Origin: a virus
Taxonomy: Duplodnaviria; Caudoviricetes
Direction: 5' to 3' (one strand)
Length of the DNA: 37,139 nucleotides
Virus record (IMG/VR): IMGVR_UViG_3300025033_000039
Coordinates: 1-37,139 of that record
Shown here: positions 25,997-35,155 of the stretch, piece by piece
Position numbering within the stretch: position 1 is the first letter of the stretch
Layout of the letters: each line of letters opens with the position of its first letter
Translations under genes and position numbers: made by a program
The notes under the pieces: generated by a model
Told to the model about the DNA's origin: nothing
The model's database searches: none
What the model saw: the letters and a program-made list of their open reading frames with translations, nothing else

Positions 25997-26440
25997 GTGA
26001 AGATTTTAGCAGGAATCCCTATTTACTCGCTTAAAGACGCCGAGAGTGTGGAAAAACTTAACGAGTATATATTTAGGTGCACACAGAATTGGTGGGGCGC
26101 CGACTTCATAAGAACTAACGCTCACTATTTCAAAAATTTCGAGACACAATCCGAGCGCGTTGTTAGGAAGTTTGGCACCACTAAATTAATGGCTCAGTTA
26201 ATGAATGAGTGTGGCTACGACATAGACCAAAAAACTATAGAAAATTGGAAACGCTTCACGCACAAGCGCCAAAAGTATCTTTGCAACGGAAGAATTCCCG
26301 CGCATTGGATGCACCCCATACTCGTCACTGCTCGGCTGCAAGGTATTGTATTAGACCACAATGACGTTAGCCCTAAGTTAATGTTCGCCCCTTCTTTGAG
26401 GACGCGACTTTTACACCGTGCCGAGGCCCACTGTCTATGA
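25997..26440 (+). CDS. Cro-like HTH regulator with N-terminal extension
   Basis: TQSERVVRKFGTTKLMAQLM...TIENW...GRIPAHW..IL..AR..GI.L resembles phage Cro-like proteins; start uncertain. Confidence 0.55.
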   Translation: MKILAGIPIYSLKDAESVEKLNEYIFRCTQNWWGADFIRTNAHYFKNFETQSERVVRKFGTTKLMAQLMNECGYDIDQKTIENWKRFTHKRQKYLCNGRIPAHWMHPILVTARLQGIVLDHNDVSPKLMFAPSLRTRLLHRAEAHCL

Positions 26441-26946
26441 AAAAACTAATCTGCGGCATCGACCCCGGCTACAGTGGGGCGATATGTTTCTACGATCCGT
26501 TACTCAATGTTATTGAATTTATATCAGATATGCCTCTTGTCGGGACGGGAACGAAACATAAAAAAAGTGGGAAAGAAAAGCAGCAATTAGATCTTTACAA
26601 ATTTTGCGAAATCGTGAGAGAGTGGGCACCGCAAACTCTTTACTGCGTGATTGAAAAAGTCGCAGCCGGGAGTAAGCAGGGGGTTTCTAGTATGTTCAGG
26701 TTCGGGGAAAATTTCGGTCAGTTGCAAGGTGTCTGCGCAGCCAATGGTCTAGCTATTCACTTCACGCCCCCGAGTGTGTGGAAGGTCCAAATGGATTTAT
26801 CACGTGACAAAAAACTATCAATCAAGATGGCCAAAGAGTTATTTCCGAAAAACAAAGAACATTTCAAAAGAGTAAAAGACGACGGGAGAGCCGAAGCTGC
26901 TTTGTTAGCCAAGTACGGCGTTAGATTGCTTGCTAGAACTTTTTAA
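26437..26946 (+). CDS. ruvC: RuvC-like Holliday junction resolvase
   Basis: GIDPG..GA, IEKV, MFRFG and DGRAEAALLA. Confidence 0.85.
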   Translation: MKKLICGIDPGYSGAICFYDPLLNVIEFISDMPLVGTGTKHKKSGKEKQQLDLYKFCEIVREWAPQTLYCVIEKVAAGSKQGVSSMFRFGENFGQLQGVCAANGLAIHFTPPSVWKVQMDLSRDKKLSIKMAKELFPKNKEHFKRVKDDGRAEAALLAKYGVRLLARTF

Positions 26947-28450
26947 ATATCAAGACGTAGGGAGTCGATGGCTCGCTGAACGAAAATACGGACTTCTAGC
27001 TGACGAAATGGGCTTGGGGAAATCCGCTCAGCTAGTCACGGCTTGCGACATTGTAGGGGCCGATAGGTTTTTTCTGGCGTGCCCAAGCGTTGCTCGTGCA
27101 AATTGGCTTAATGAGTTTGAAAAGTTTTCTAATAAGAAAAGAAAAATAAAAGTTTACTACGACGGAATGCAAGAGCCGCCCGAAGAAGATGAGTCTGTTA
27201 TCATATCCTACGACCTTCTCCCAAAGTACAAGTACAAAGGCCGTTTCGGGGCGATGATCTTAGACGAATTTCACATGCTAAAAAATCCAGAGGCCAAAAG
27301 GACGAAAGCCGCACTAGGTAAAACGGGTTGCGTGCATCAGTCAGATAGAATTTGGGTGGCCACTGGAACTCCGATGCCTAACAATGCTTCTGAGCTTTGG
27401 GTGCTTTTGTATCTATTCGGGAAAACAAAACTAGGATATGACGTTTTTATAGAAAGATATTGCACCACTTTCTTCGCCCACGGGAAGAAGAGAGTCACGG
27501 GAACTAAAAAACACATGATACCGGAGCTTCATACTCTCATAAGCTCCGTGATGCTACGACGCATGAAGGATGAAGTTATGAAAGATTTACCAAAACTGTC
27601 TTGGCATGACATGGTCTGTGAACCCGGAGAGGTCGACATTAAGAATGATCTATCTCTATACCCTCGTTACGAGTTGAACGTCGAAAACGGCAAAGAGCTT
27701 ATGATGCGTGAAGTAGCTAGAGAAAGACATATCCTAAATGAAATGTACGATAGAGTTCAGCCGCCGACCGTAGGCCCGACCGGAGATCAAATAGGTAAGT
27801 TCGAGAATATCACAAGTCAAGTAGCAACAAACTTCCAAACTCTAAGACGTTACACGGGACTAGCTAAAGTTGACATGGCGGCTCACGTCATAAGTCAATT
27901 CATAGATACGGGGCGCGAAGAAAAGCTTGTGGTGTTCGCCTATCATCTCAGCGTCATTGAGAATCTCAAAGAAAAAATAAAAAAATACAAGCCCGTTATC
28001 GTTACAGGGGGGACGCCAGGAAAAAGGCGACAAGACCAAGTCGATAAGTTCTATGACAATCCTAAGTGTAAGGTTTTTCTAGGACAAATCACTGCCGCAG
28101 GCACGGCGATCACACTGACAAACGCGAAGGTGGCTATCTTTGTAGAACAGGATTGGGTGCCCGCCAACAACGCTCAAGCCGCGATGCGCATCCATAGGCT
28201 TGGACAAACTGAGAAATGTACAATATTAAATTTGGTACTAGACTGTCCAGTTGACAGGAGAGTTGCGGCTGCGAACAAACGTAAAATAAAAGAGATATTG
28301 GGCGTTCTAGCGGGCGTGCCGGTGTCGCAGTCTGAGAGGACTGAAGAGCTTAGGCCGCCGAAACATATTCCCGTCACGAGGGAGTTCAATGGTAGGACGA
28401 TAACTAGAGACGAAATGATTGAAAACAAAAAGAAGAGGAAATCGAAATGA
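26930..28450 (+). CDS. SNF2-family helicase
   Basis: LADEMGLGKS, LDEFH, TGTP and QA..RIHRLGQ. Confidence 0.93.
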   Translation: MLELFKYQDVGSRWLAERKYGLLADEMGLGKSAQLVTACDIVGADRFFLACPSVARANWLNEFEKFSNKKRKIKVYYDGMQEPPEEDESVIISYDLLPKYKYKGRFGAMILDEFHMLKNPEAKRTKAALGKTGCVHQSDRIWVATGTPMPNNASELWVLLYLFGKTKLGYDVFIERYCTTFFAHGKKRVTGTKKHMIPELHTLISSVMLRRMKDEVMKDLPKLSWHDMVCEPGEVDIKNDLSLYPRYELNVENGKELMMREVARERHILNEMYDRVQPPTVGPTGDQIGKFENITSQVATNFQTLRRYTGLAKVDMAAHVISQFIDTGREEKLVVFAYHLSVIENLKEKIKKYKPVIVTGGTPGKRRQDQVDKFYDNPKCKVFLGQITAAGTAITLTNAKVAIFVEQDWVPANNAQAAMRIHRLGQTEKCTILNLVLDCPVDRRVAAANKRKIKEILGVLAGVPVSQSERTEELRPPKHIPVTREFNGRTITRDEMIENKKKRKSK

Positions 28451-28917
28451 CAATTAAAATTCACTTTGAAGCGCAAACCGTACAGGAACTAATGAGCCAC
28501 GTTCAGGACTTTCTTTGTGGCCAAATTATCCCCAGCAAAAAAGATCCTATCGAACAGCTAGATCCCGCAGGCGTTGTAGGGACTGAAGCCGACATGCCTG
28601 TTGAAAAAACAAGAGTTAAAGCGAAGGCCAAAGGTAAGGGTAGACCTAAAAACAAAGAGCCTGAGCCGATGGAGAGAGATGGCGTCACTCAAATCGAAGA
28701 CCCTATCCACGGCAAAGAGAAAGAAGATATCCCTGTACCAATTCCTGCGGTCGGGGGCAAAGGCTCCGAAGCTGAAACTCTACTGCGCCAACTTGCGGCT
28801 AAAGACTTGAAGAAAGCTTATACAGTCCTAGAAAAATACGATGCAACTAAGTGGTCCGATATAGATCCTAGCGACTACGCAGCGGTTGAGAAGGAGTGCC
28901 GAGAGCTTTTAGCTTAA
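28447..28917 (+). CDS. Hypothetical replication-module protein
   Basis: 156 aa in the slot preceding the DUF2800/DUF2815/polA block. Confidence 0.7.
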   Translation: MTIKIHFEAQTVQELMSHVQDFLCGQIIPSKKDPIEQLDPAGVVGTEADMPVEKTRVKAKAKGKGRPKNKEPEPMERDGVTQIEDPIHGKEKEDIPVPIPAVGGKGSEAETLLRQLAAKDLKKAYTVLEKYDATKWSDIDPSDYAAVEKECRELLA

Positions 28918-28929
28918 GGTTTTCCCCAA

Positions 28930-29139
28930 ATGAGACTAAGTAAAATAACTCTTGTGGCCGAACGAGTAGAGATCGAAAACTATTCGTCGCACGATAAAAA
29001 GGTGGTTCTAGAAAACGTAAACATTATCGATATGTTTAAAGGCATGTCTGATGACGAAAAAAATCTCGTAATACAATCTCTCGGCATTGAGACTCAAGAT
29101 TTAGCCTGCGGAGAGTGCGGCGCGGAGATTGTGATATGA
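28930..29139 (+). CDS. Small hypothetical protein
   Basis: 69 aa, C-terminal CGEC; ATGA-coupled to the next gene. Confidence 0.55.
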   Translation: MRLSKITLVAERVEIENYSSHDKKVVLENVNIIDMFKGMSDDEKNLVIQSLGIETQDLACGECGAEIVI

Positions 29140-30278
29140 GCGGGCCAACAGCACACTCCATTATCGGAGCAAGCGGAATGCACAGGTGGGAGAACTGCCC
29201 CGGATCTGTGAAATTAAGCGAAGGCATAAGAAGCACTACGAGTGTTTACGCTGAAGAAGGGATTAAAGCCCACGATTTGGCCGCTGAAGTTTTGATGGGA
29301 AATATCAAACTAAGTGATTTAGATTGTGATGCAGAGATGAAAGGTGCCATCAAGGTGTACGTTGATCACTGTCTCGATAAGAAGACAGAGTGCAATGCCG
29401 AGATGTTAGTTGAGCACCGATTCGATCTTTCTAGTATTCACGAAGGTTGCTTTGGCACGGGCGACTGCGTTTTATATGATGGGAGAGAGAAACATCTTTA
29501 CATTTACGATTTCAAGTACGGAGCGGGCGTACCGGTTGAAGCCGAAGACAATTCGCAGCTAAAATACTACGGACTCGGGGCTCTTTTATCTACAGGTCAT
29601 GAATGCGAGAATATCACAGTGGGTATTATTCAGCCACGTTGCGAGCACGAAGATGGGTTCATAAGAGAACACACGATCGACATTCTTGAGCTCACGGAGT
29701 TCGCGAGGGTTCTGAATAAAGCTGCAGCAGCTACGCGAGCGCCAGACGCACCTTTGAAAGAAGGGAGTTGGTGCCGTTTCTGTCCAGCAAAAGCCATCTG
29801 TCCTGAGTTCAGAGAGAAAGCTAACATCGCAGCGGCTAGAGTTTTTACGCCGGCAGCCCCTTACGATGTCGATAAGCTCGCAGAGACTTTAGTGATGCTG
29901 CCTTCTCTGAAAGCTTGGCTTAACAGTTTAGAAGAGTTCGCTATCACAGAGATGAAGCATGGCGTGAAGATACCTGGATACAAACTCGTCGATAAGAGAG
30001 CCAATCGTAAATGGATTGATGAAGTTAAGGCAAGCGAAGTTCTCCAAGAGAAATACAAAATTGAAGAGAAGGACGCCGTTGTTAAGAAACTGATAACGCC
30101 GGCCCAGATGGAAAAGCTCTTGCCAAAGGGAGCGAAGAAAGACGAGCTATTTACGTCACTCTTCAGCGCCGAATCTAGCGGTGTAACTTTGGCACCTGAA
30201 AGTGACAGACGACTTCCGGCCAATGTCTCACCGGCGGACGTTTTTAAAAAATTAGAGACAGAAGACCAACCGTACTAA
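29136..30278 (+). CDS. Cas4-like PD-(D/E)xK exonuclease (DUF2800 family)
   Basis: RW..CPGS, EG..AH, GTGD, DFKYG, QL..Y and WCRFCPAKAIC; start moved to ATG 29136. Confidence 0.9.
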   Translation: MSGPTAHSIIGASGMHRWENCPGSVKLSEGIRSTTSVYAEEGIKAHDLAAEVLMGNIKLSDLDCDAEMKGAIKVYVDHCLDKKTECNAEMLVEHRFDLSSIHEGCFGTGDCVLYDGREKHLYIYDFKYGAGVPVEAEDNSQLKYYGLGALLSTGHECENITVGIIQPRCEHEDGFIREHTIDILELTEFARVLNKAAAATRAPDAPLKEGSWCRFCPAKAICPEFREKANIAAARVFTPAAPYDVDKLAETLVMLPSLKAWLNSLEEFAITEMKHGVKIPGYKLVDKRANRKWIDEVKASEVLQEKYKIEEKDAVVKKLITPAQMEKLLPKGAKKDELFTSLFSAESSGVTLAPESDRRLPANVSPADVFKKLETEDQPY

Positions 30279-30311
30279 GAAATGAAAAACAGAAAAACAA
30301 GGAGATAAAAA

Positions 30312-30890
30312 ATGCAAGACGTAACACCGGAATTTAGAATGAGTTTCCCAAACCTTTTCGAACCAAGGTTCAATGACCTAAGTAAGAAAAACGAGTTCTC
30401 AGTAGTAGCTCTTTTCCCTAAAGGGACTGATCTATCTGGACTTGAAAAGCTTATGGTAGCCGCATGTGAAAAGAAGTGGGGACCGAACAAAGACAAGTGG
30501 CCTAAAGGACTTCGCTCACCGATCAGAGATCAAAGCGAGAGAATTGAAGCAGCTAAGTCTAACGACAAGCCTTCGCCTGAAGGTTACGAAGAGGGAGCTA
30601 AGTTTTTGAATCTTAGATCCGTCAACCGCCCTGGCGTTGTCGATCAGAATGTTAAACCAATCATCGACCCAGGTCAGATCTATCCAGGCTGCTGGGGTAC
30701 AGCTTACATCAGCGTGTACGCCTATGATCAAGCCGGTAATAGAGGGGTGGGTTTCGGTCTTCAACACGTACAAAAGACTCGTGACGGCGATCCTCTTGGC
30801 GGAAGAGTTCGCGTAGAAGATGCATTCAAAGCGGTTGAAGGTGCTGACGAAGTTTCTTCGAGCTCCGACGCTAGTTCTATTTTTTCGTAG
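30312..30890 (+). CDS. ssb: ssDNA-binding protein (DUF2815 family)
   Basis: RMSFPNLFEP, IYPGCW, GNRGVGFGL.HVQK.RDGDPLGG; acidic tail. Confidence 0.9.
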   Translation: MQDVTPEFRMSFPNLFEPRFNDLSKKNEFSVVALFPKGTDLSGLEKLMVAACEKKWGPNKDKWPKGLRSPIRDQSERIEAAKSNDKPSPEGYEEGAKFLNLRSVNRPGVVDQNVKPIIDPGQIYPGCWGTAYISVYAYDQAGNRGVGFGLQHVQKTRDGDPLGGRVRVEDAFKAVEGADEVSSSSDASSIFS

Positions 30891-30902
30891 AAAAAGTTTT
30901 CA

Positions 30903-30928
30903 GCCTTTCGCCCTACGGGGCGAGGGGC
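30903..30928 (+). terminator. Stable cUACGg hairpin between ssb and polA
   Basis: gcctttcgccc-tacg-gggcgaggggc; no U-tract, so terminator role uncertain. Confidence 0.5.
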
Positions 30929-30953
30929 CGCGTTATTAAGAGAGGGGTAATTC

Positions 30954-32930
30954 ATGGCCGTTATGCATCTAGACTACGAAACGCGGGGCGACTGTCCACT
31001 CCCAAAAACGGGAGTGCCAGTTTATGTTGAGCACGAAAACACGGGGATTTGGATCGCGTGTTGGTGTATCGACGACGGACCCGTTCACGTTTGGAGGCGC
31101 GGCGACAAACTGCCTAAGGAGTTTGTCGATCACATTATTGGCGGCGGAAAAGTCTACGCTCATAACGCTCAGTTTGAATATTGGGTGTGGAATGAAGTGG
31201 CTGTGAATAAACACGGGTGGCCGCCCATTAGGTTAGATCAAATTTATTGTACCGCAGCGATGTCGTATGCAATGGCCATTCCTGCGAGCTTAGAAAAAGC
31301 GGCGAAAGCCGTCGGCCTTGATATCGAAAAAGACACTAAAGGCCAGCGCACTATGATGACCATGATGCGCCCCCGATCGTTCGACACGAACGGTAAACCT
31401 ATTTGGTGGGACGATGAAGAGAAGATGCAAACTCTCATAGACTACTGCGTTCAAGACGTTAAGGTCGAGAGGGCCCTAGAGAAAAGACTTCTGCAACTCA
31501 CACCTACTGAAAGGGACGTATGGGTTGTCGATCAAAAAATCAACAATAGGGGCATTAAAGTCGACATTGAAGCTGTCAAACAAGCCATTGGTATAGCTGA
31601 AACTGAGCGCGAAAGACTCACTGCCGAGCTAAAAAAGCTGACGGGCGGCGCCGTGTCGACTACGAACTCAGTCGGCCAGTTTAAAGATTGGCTGAACTTC
31701 GTAGGGATTGAAACAGACAGTGTGGCCAAAGCAGCCATCACTGAGATTTTAGCTAGGGAAGACATCCCCGATGTCGTGCGCAGAGCATGTGAAATTCGAC
31801 AAGAGGCCGCTAAATCAAGTGTGTCTAAGTACGAGGCACTGCTGAAAGGAACGAATGCAGACGGGCGCATAAGGGCTCTCATGCAGTACCACGCAGCTTC
31901 AACCGGAAGGTGGGGCGGCAGAAGATTCCAACCGCAAAACTTACCAAGGCCGTCAATGGATCAGAAGGATATAGACCATGTTTGCGATATGCTATCAAAA
32001 GGTACGGCGACTGCTGGCTACCTCAACATATTTTTTGACAATACTCTTTTGGCTCTTAGCGACTGCTTACGTGGTATGCTTGTGGCTTCTCCCGGTAAAA
32101 TTCTAGTCGGTTGTGATTATTCGTCTATCGAGGCCAGAGTTCTAGCTTGGCTCGCAGGAGAAGAGAGAGTCATTCGTGTGTTCGAGACTCACGGAAAACT
32201 TTACGAGCACGCGGCTAGCGGCATCTTCGGGGTTCCCCTTGAAGAAGTGACGAAAGAGCAAAGACAGATAGGTAAAGTGGCGGTTCTGGCACTAGGCTAT
32301 GGCGGCGGTGTCGGTGCATTCCAAAGTATGGCCAAAGGGTACGGGTTGAAAATTGCAGACAAACAGGCCGAAGATATTAAAAAATCTTGGAGAGAGAACC
32401 ATAAAGCCACTGTTCAGTATTGGCGCGACTTAGAAGGCGCCTCAATATCCGCCGTACGCAACCCCGGCCAGCAGTTTGCAGCGGGCGCGGGGAGCCGACG
32501 CGTGATCTATGTCGTTAAAGGCAGTTTCTTATTTTGCAAATTGCCAAGCGGTAGGGTTCTTACGTACCCATACCCTAAACTGAAAGACAAAGAAACTCCG
32601 TGGGGCACCGTCAAAGAATGTCTCGTATATAAAACTGTTTCATCTCAGACCTACCGATTTCAAGAGGTTGACGCGTACGGTGGATTGCTTGCTGAGAACG
32701 TGACACAAGCTGTGAGCCGAGATATTCTCGCCGAAGCACTATTGAGATTAGAGAGGGGCCAATTCTTTGAAACTGTACTGCATGTACATGATGAAGTTTT
32801 GTGTGAAGCTGATGAGTCTCTGGAAAATCCTTGCGAACTTATGGAGACGATTATGAATGAAAAACCTAAGTGGGCTGACGGCTTACCTATCCAATCAGAA
32901 GCTTGGACCGGAAAAAGGTATCAGAAATGA
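30954..32930 (+). CDS. polA: Family A DNA polymerase with 3'-5' exonuclease
   Basis: DYET, AHNAQFE, YCVQDV; motif A DYSSIEAR, motif B RQIGKVAVLALGYG, motif C HVHDE. Confidence 0.96.
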   Translation: MAVMHLDYETRGDCPLPKTGVPVYVEHENTGIWIACWCIDDGPVHVWRRGDKLPKEFVDHIIGGGKVYAHNAQFEYWVWNEVAVNKHGWPPIRLDQIYCTAAMSYAMAIPASLEKAAKAVGLDIEKDTKGQRTMMTMMRPRSFDTNGKPIWWDDEEKMQTLIDYCVQDVKVERALEKRLLQLTPTERDVWVVDQKINNRGIKVDIEAVKQAIGIAETERERLTAELKKLTGGAVSTTNSVGQFKDWLNFVGIETDSVAKAAITEILAREDIPDVVRRACEIRQEAAKSSVSKYEALLKGTNADGRIRALMQYHAASTGRWGGRRFQPQNLPRPSMDQKDIDHVCDMLSKGTATAGYLNIFFDNTLLALSDCLRGMLVASPGKILVGCDYSSIEARVLAWLAGEERVIRVFETHGKLYEHAASGIFGVPLEEVTKEQRQIGKVAVLALGYGGGVGAFQSMAKGYGLKIADKQAEDIKKSWRENHKATVQYWRDLEGASISAVRNPGQQFAAGAGSRRVIYVVKGSFLFCKLPSGRVLTYPYPKLKDKETPWGTVKECLVYKTVSSQTYRFQEVDAYGGLLAENVTQAVSRDILAEALLRLERGQFFETVLHVHDEVLCEADESLENPCELMETIMNEKPKWADGLPIQSEAWTGKRYQK

Positions 32931-35107
32931 AGCTTGTCGACGCCGCCATTGAGCTATCTAAAAGGGGTTTTCATGTATTCCCCGTCAAAGCCAATTCTAA
33001 AACGCCACCACTCATTAAGGATTTTAAAACGAAAGCGAGTAGTGATGAAAAAGAAATCAAAAAATTTTGGCAGGAGCACTCCGACGCCAATATCGGGATC
33101 GCGGGTTCAAAATTCCAAGACGACAAGCGACTTATTATTGTCGACATCGATGTGTCGGGTGACAAAAAAGGGCTTGAGAACTTCCAAGCTCTTAAGCGAG
33201 AAGGTAAAAAGTTCCCCGAAACATTCACTCAAAAGACAGCGAGCGGCGGGATGCACCTCGTCTACTGTACGGATAAGAAACTCAAGCAAGGCGCGAACGT
33301 ACTTGCGCAAGGTATCGACATTCGTTCAGAAGGCGGCTACATCGTCGGTGCAGGCTCTCGTGTTAATGACGGGGGTTATTCGATTGCACATGAAGCCCCT
33401 GTTTGCCGAGCGCCAGAGTGGATCGAGCTTATGTGTGCGCCCGACACAATCGACGACGCACCAAAAAACGAATTAAAAATAGACAGCTCAATGAGCGTTT
33501 CAACGGCCATCAGGTATCTCAAGAGTGCACCCATTGCCAAAGAAGGTGGCGGCGGGGATGAGCAAACGTATAAAGTGGCCGCCCAATTAAGAGACTACGG
33601 CGTCAGTGCTGATATGGCTCTCACTCTTATGAGTGAGAACTGGAACGACAGGTGTGAGCCGCCTTGGGAATTATTGGCTTTGAAAGTTAAGGTCGACAAT
33701 GCTTACAAGCACGGACAAAACCCTGAAGGGTCTAAGTCCCCCGAAGGTATCTTCGAGAAGAAAGAAGACGTCAAAAATCCCGAGTATTGGGAAATCATAA
33801 ACAGAAACCACGCCGTAATGGTTAATGAGAAGACACCAACTATTCTCGTCGACACGGTAGATGAAGACGGTAAACCCGATCTAAAGTTCATCTCTAGGGC
33901 GTCACTACTGACTAAGTTTGAGAACTGGCCAGTGTGGGGCGAGAGTGATAACGGGAGGAAAAAGAAAATCCCCGCTAGTCAGGCTTGGCTGCAAAATCCC
34001 CAGCGAAGAGAGATCAATAAAATCGTATTCGCACCTGGAAGAAAACTTAGTGATAGATATTTCAATTTATGGAAGGGCTTTACTACTGAGCCGATTCCTT
34101 ACAAGAAAGCTAGCGACGACGCCAAAAGAGGATTTGATCTTTGGCTTGAGCACGTCCATTTGAATATCGCAGCTGGCGATAAAAACTTGGCCACATGGTT
34201 CATTTGTTATCTAGCGCACATCATTCAGCGTCCGGCTGAAAGAGTTCAGACTTGCGTAGTCTTCAGGGGTCTCAAAGGTACGGGGAAGAATGCGCCACTC
34301 GATAGATTTGGCGCGCTACTCGGGCCGCACTACGACGTTGTCGCCCACAATAGATACATAACTGGTAACTTCAACTCTCACTTAGAAAGTAAGCTCGTTA
34401 TGGTTTTCAACGAGGCTTTCTGGGCAGGGGACAAGAGCGCTGACGGTATCATCAAGGATATGGTTAACAGCCCCACCATAAAGATTGAGCGCAAGTACGC
34501 TGAAGCCTACAACACCACAAACCTAGCCAGACTTTTCATCGTCTCTAACGAGTTTAAAGTTGTCAACGCTACTGCCGATGAGCGGCGCTACACTGTATTT
34601 AAGATAGCTGATCACTGGAAGCAGAACGTGAAGCTATTTACTGAAATGAGGATCAAGTGCGACAAGATGGGCGGCAACGCTGTCCTTCTCGACTACCTCT
34701 CTAAGTATGATTTCAAACAAAAGGACATCGACATAGCACCAATGACTGCGGGGCTATTGGAGCAAAAGCAGTTCAATATGAACCCTGTCGAGCAGTGGTG
34801 GTTTGATTGTTTATTCGAGGGCAGGATCGTCACTAACGATTACCACCAAGAGGGGTGGCCGGAAACGATCAGATTGAAATCTATTCTCGATAAGTTGAAC
34901 TCAGATTTGAAGCAAAAAGGCGTACGCAATTACGATTGGAGCCCCATGACTCTATCAACTGAGTTGAGAAAGTTCGTTCCCGTTTGGCGTGATAAAGTTG
35001 AGCGCGGGGCTGACAGTGTTCAGTACCGGGCTAAGCAAATTGGCGACTTAGATTCATGCCGCGATGCTTGGGATAAGCACATGGGGTTCAATCATGATTG
35101 GTCTTAA
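32927..35107 (+). CDS. Prim-Pol primase fused to an SF3-type helicase
   Basis: VDIDV, TASGGMHL, IDIRSEGGYIVG; Walker A GLKGTGKN; start ATG 32927 overlaps the polA stop. Confidence 0.92.
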   Translation: MKLVDAAIELSKRGFHVFPVKANSKTPPLIKDFKTKASSDEKEIKKFWQEHSDANIGIAGSKFQDDKRLIIVDIDVSGDKKGLENFQALKREGKKFPETFTQKTASGGMHLVYCTDKKLKQGANVLAQGIDIRSEGGYIVGAGSRVNDGGYSIAHEAPVCRAPEWIELMCAPDTIDDAPKNELKIDSSMSVSTAIRYLKSAPIAKEGGGGDEQTYKVAAQLRDYGVSADMALTLMSENWNDRCEPPWELLALKVKVDNAYKHGQNPEGSKSPEGIFEKKEDVKNPEYWEIINRNHAVMVNEKTPTILVDTVDEDGKPDLKFISRASLLTKFENWPVWGESDNGRKKKIPASQAWLQNPQRREINKIVFAPGRKLSDRYFNLWKGFTTEPIPYKKASDDAKRGFDLWLEHVHLNIAAGDKNLATWFICYLAHIIQRPAERVQTCVVFRGLKGTGKNAPLDRFGALLGPHYDVVAHNRYITGNFNSHLESKLVMVFNEAFWAGDKSADGIIKDMVNSPTIKIERKYAEAYNTTNLARLFIVSNEFKVVNATADERRYTVFKIADHWKQNVKLFTEMRIKCDKMGGNAVLLDYLSKYDFKQKDIDIAPMTAGLLEQKQFNMNPVEQWWFDCLFEGRIVTNDYHQEGWPETIRLKSILDKLNSDLKQKGVRNYDWSPMTLSTELRKFVPVWRDKVERGADSVQYRAKQIGDLDSCRDAWDKHMGFNHDWS

Positions 35108-35119
35108 TGAAGTTTTAAT

Positions 35120-35148
35120 TTGACACGGCGCATATAAACAGCCATAGT
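35120..35148 (+). promoter_or_regulatory. Integrase promoter (leaderless)
   Basis: TTGACA-17-CATAGT, 7 nt before ATG 35156; no SD. Confidence 0.65.
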
Positions 35149-35155
35149 CAGATGC

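Noticed and set aside
25459-26946. RNA-guided nuclease system (HNH + structured RNA + RuvC-like gene)
   Set aside because: Both proteins look like ordinary small phage families with no RNA-binding domain, and there is no guide array
32934-33476. 180-aa +1-frame ORF inside the primase gene
   Set aside because: TTG start and Ser/Arg/Lys-rich shadow composition with no motifs, unlike the methyltransferase beta frame
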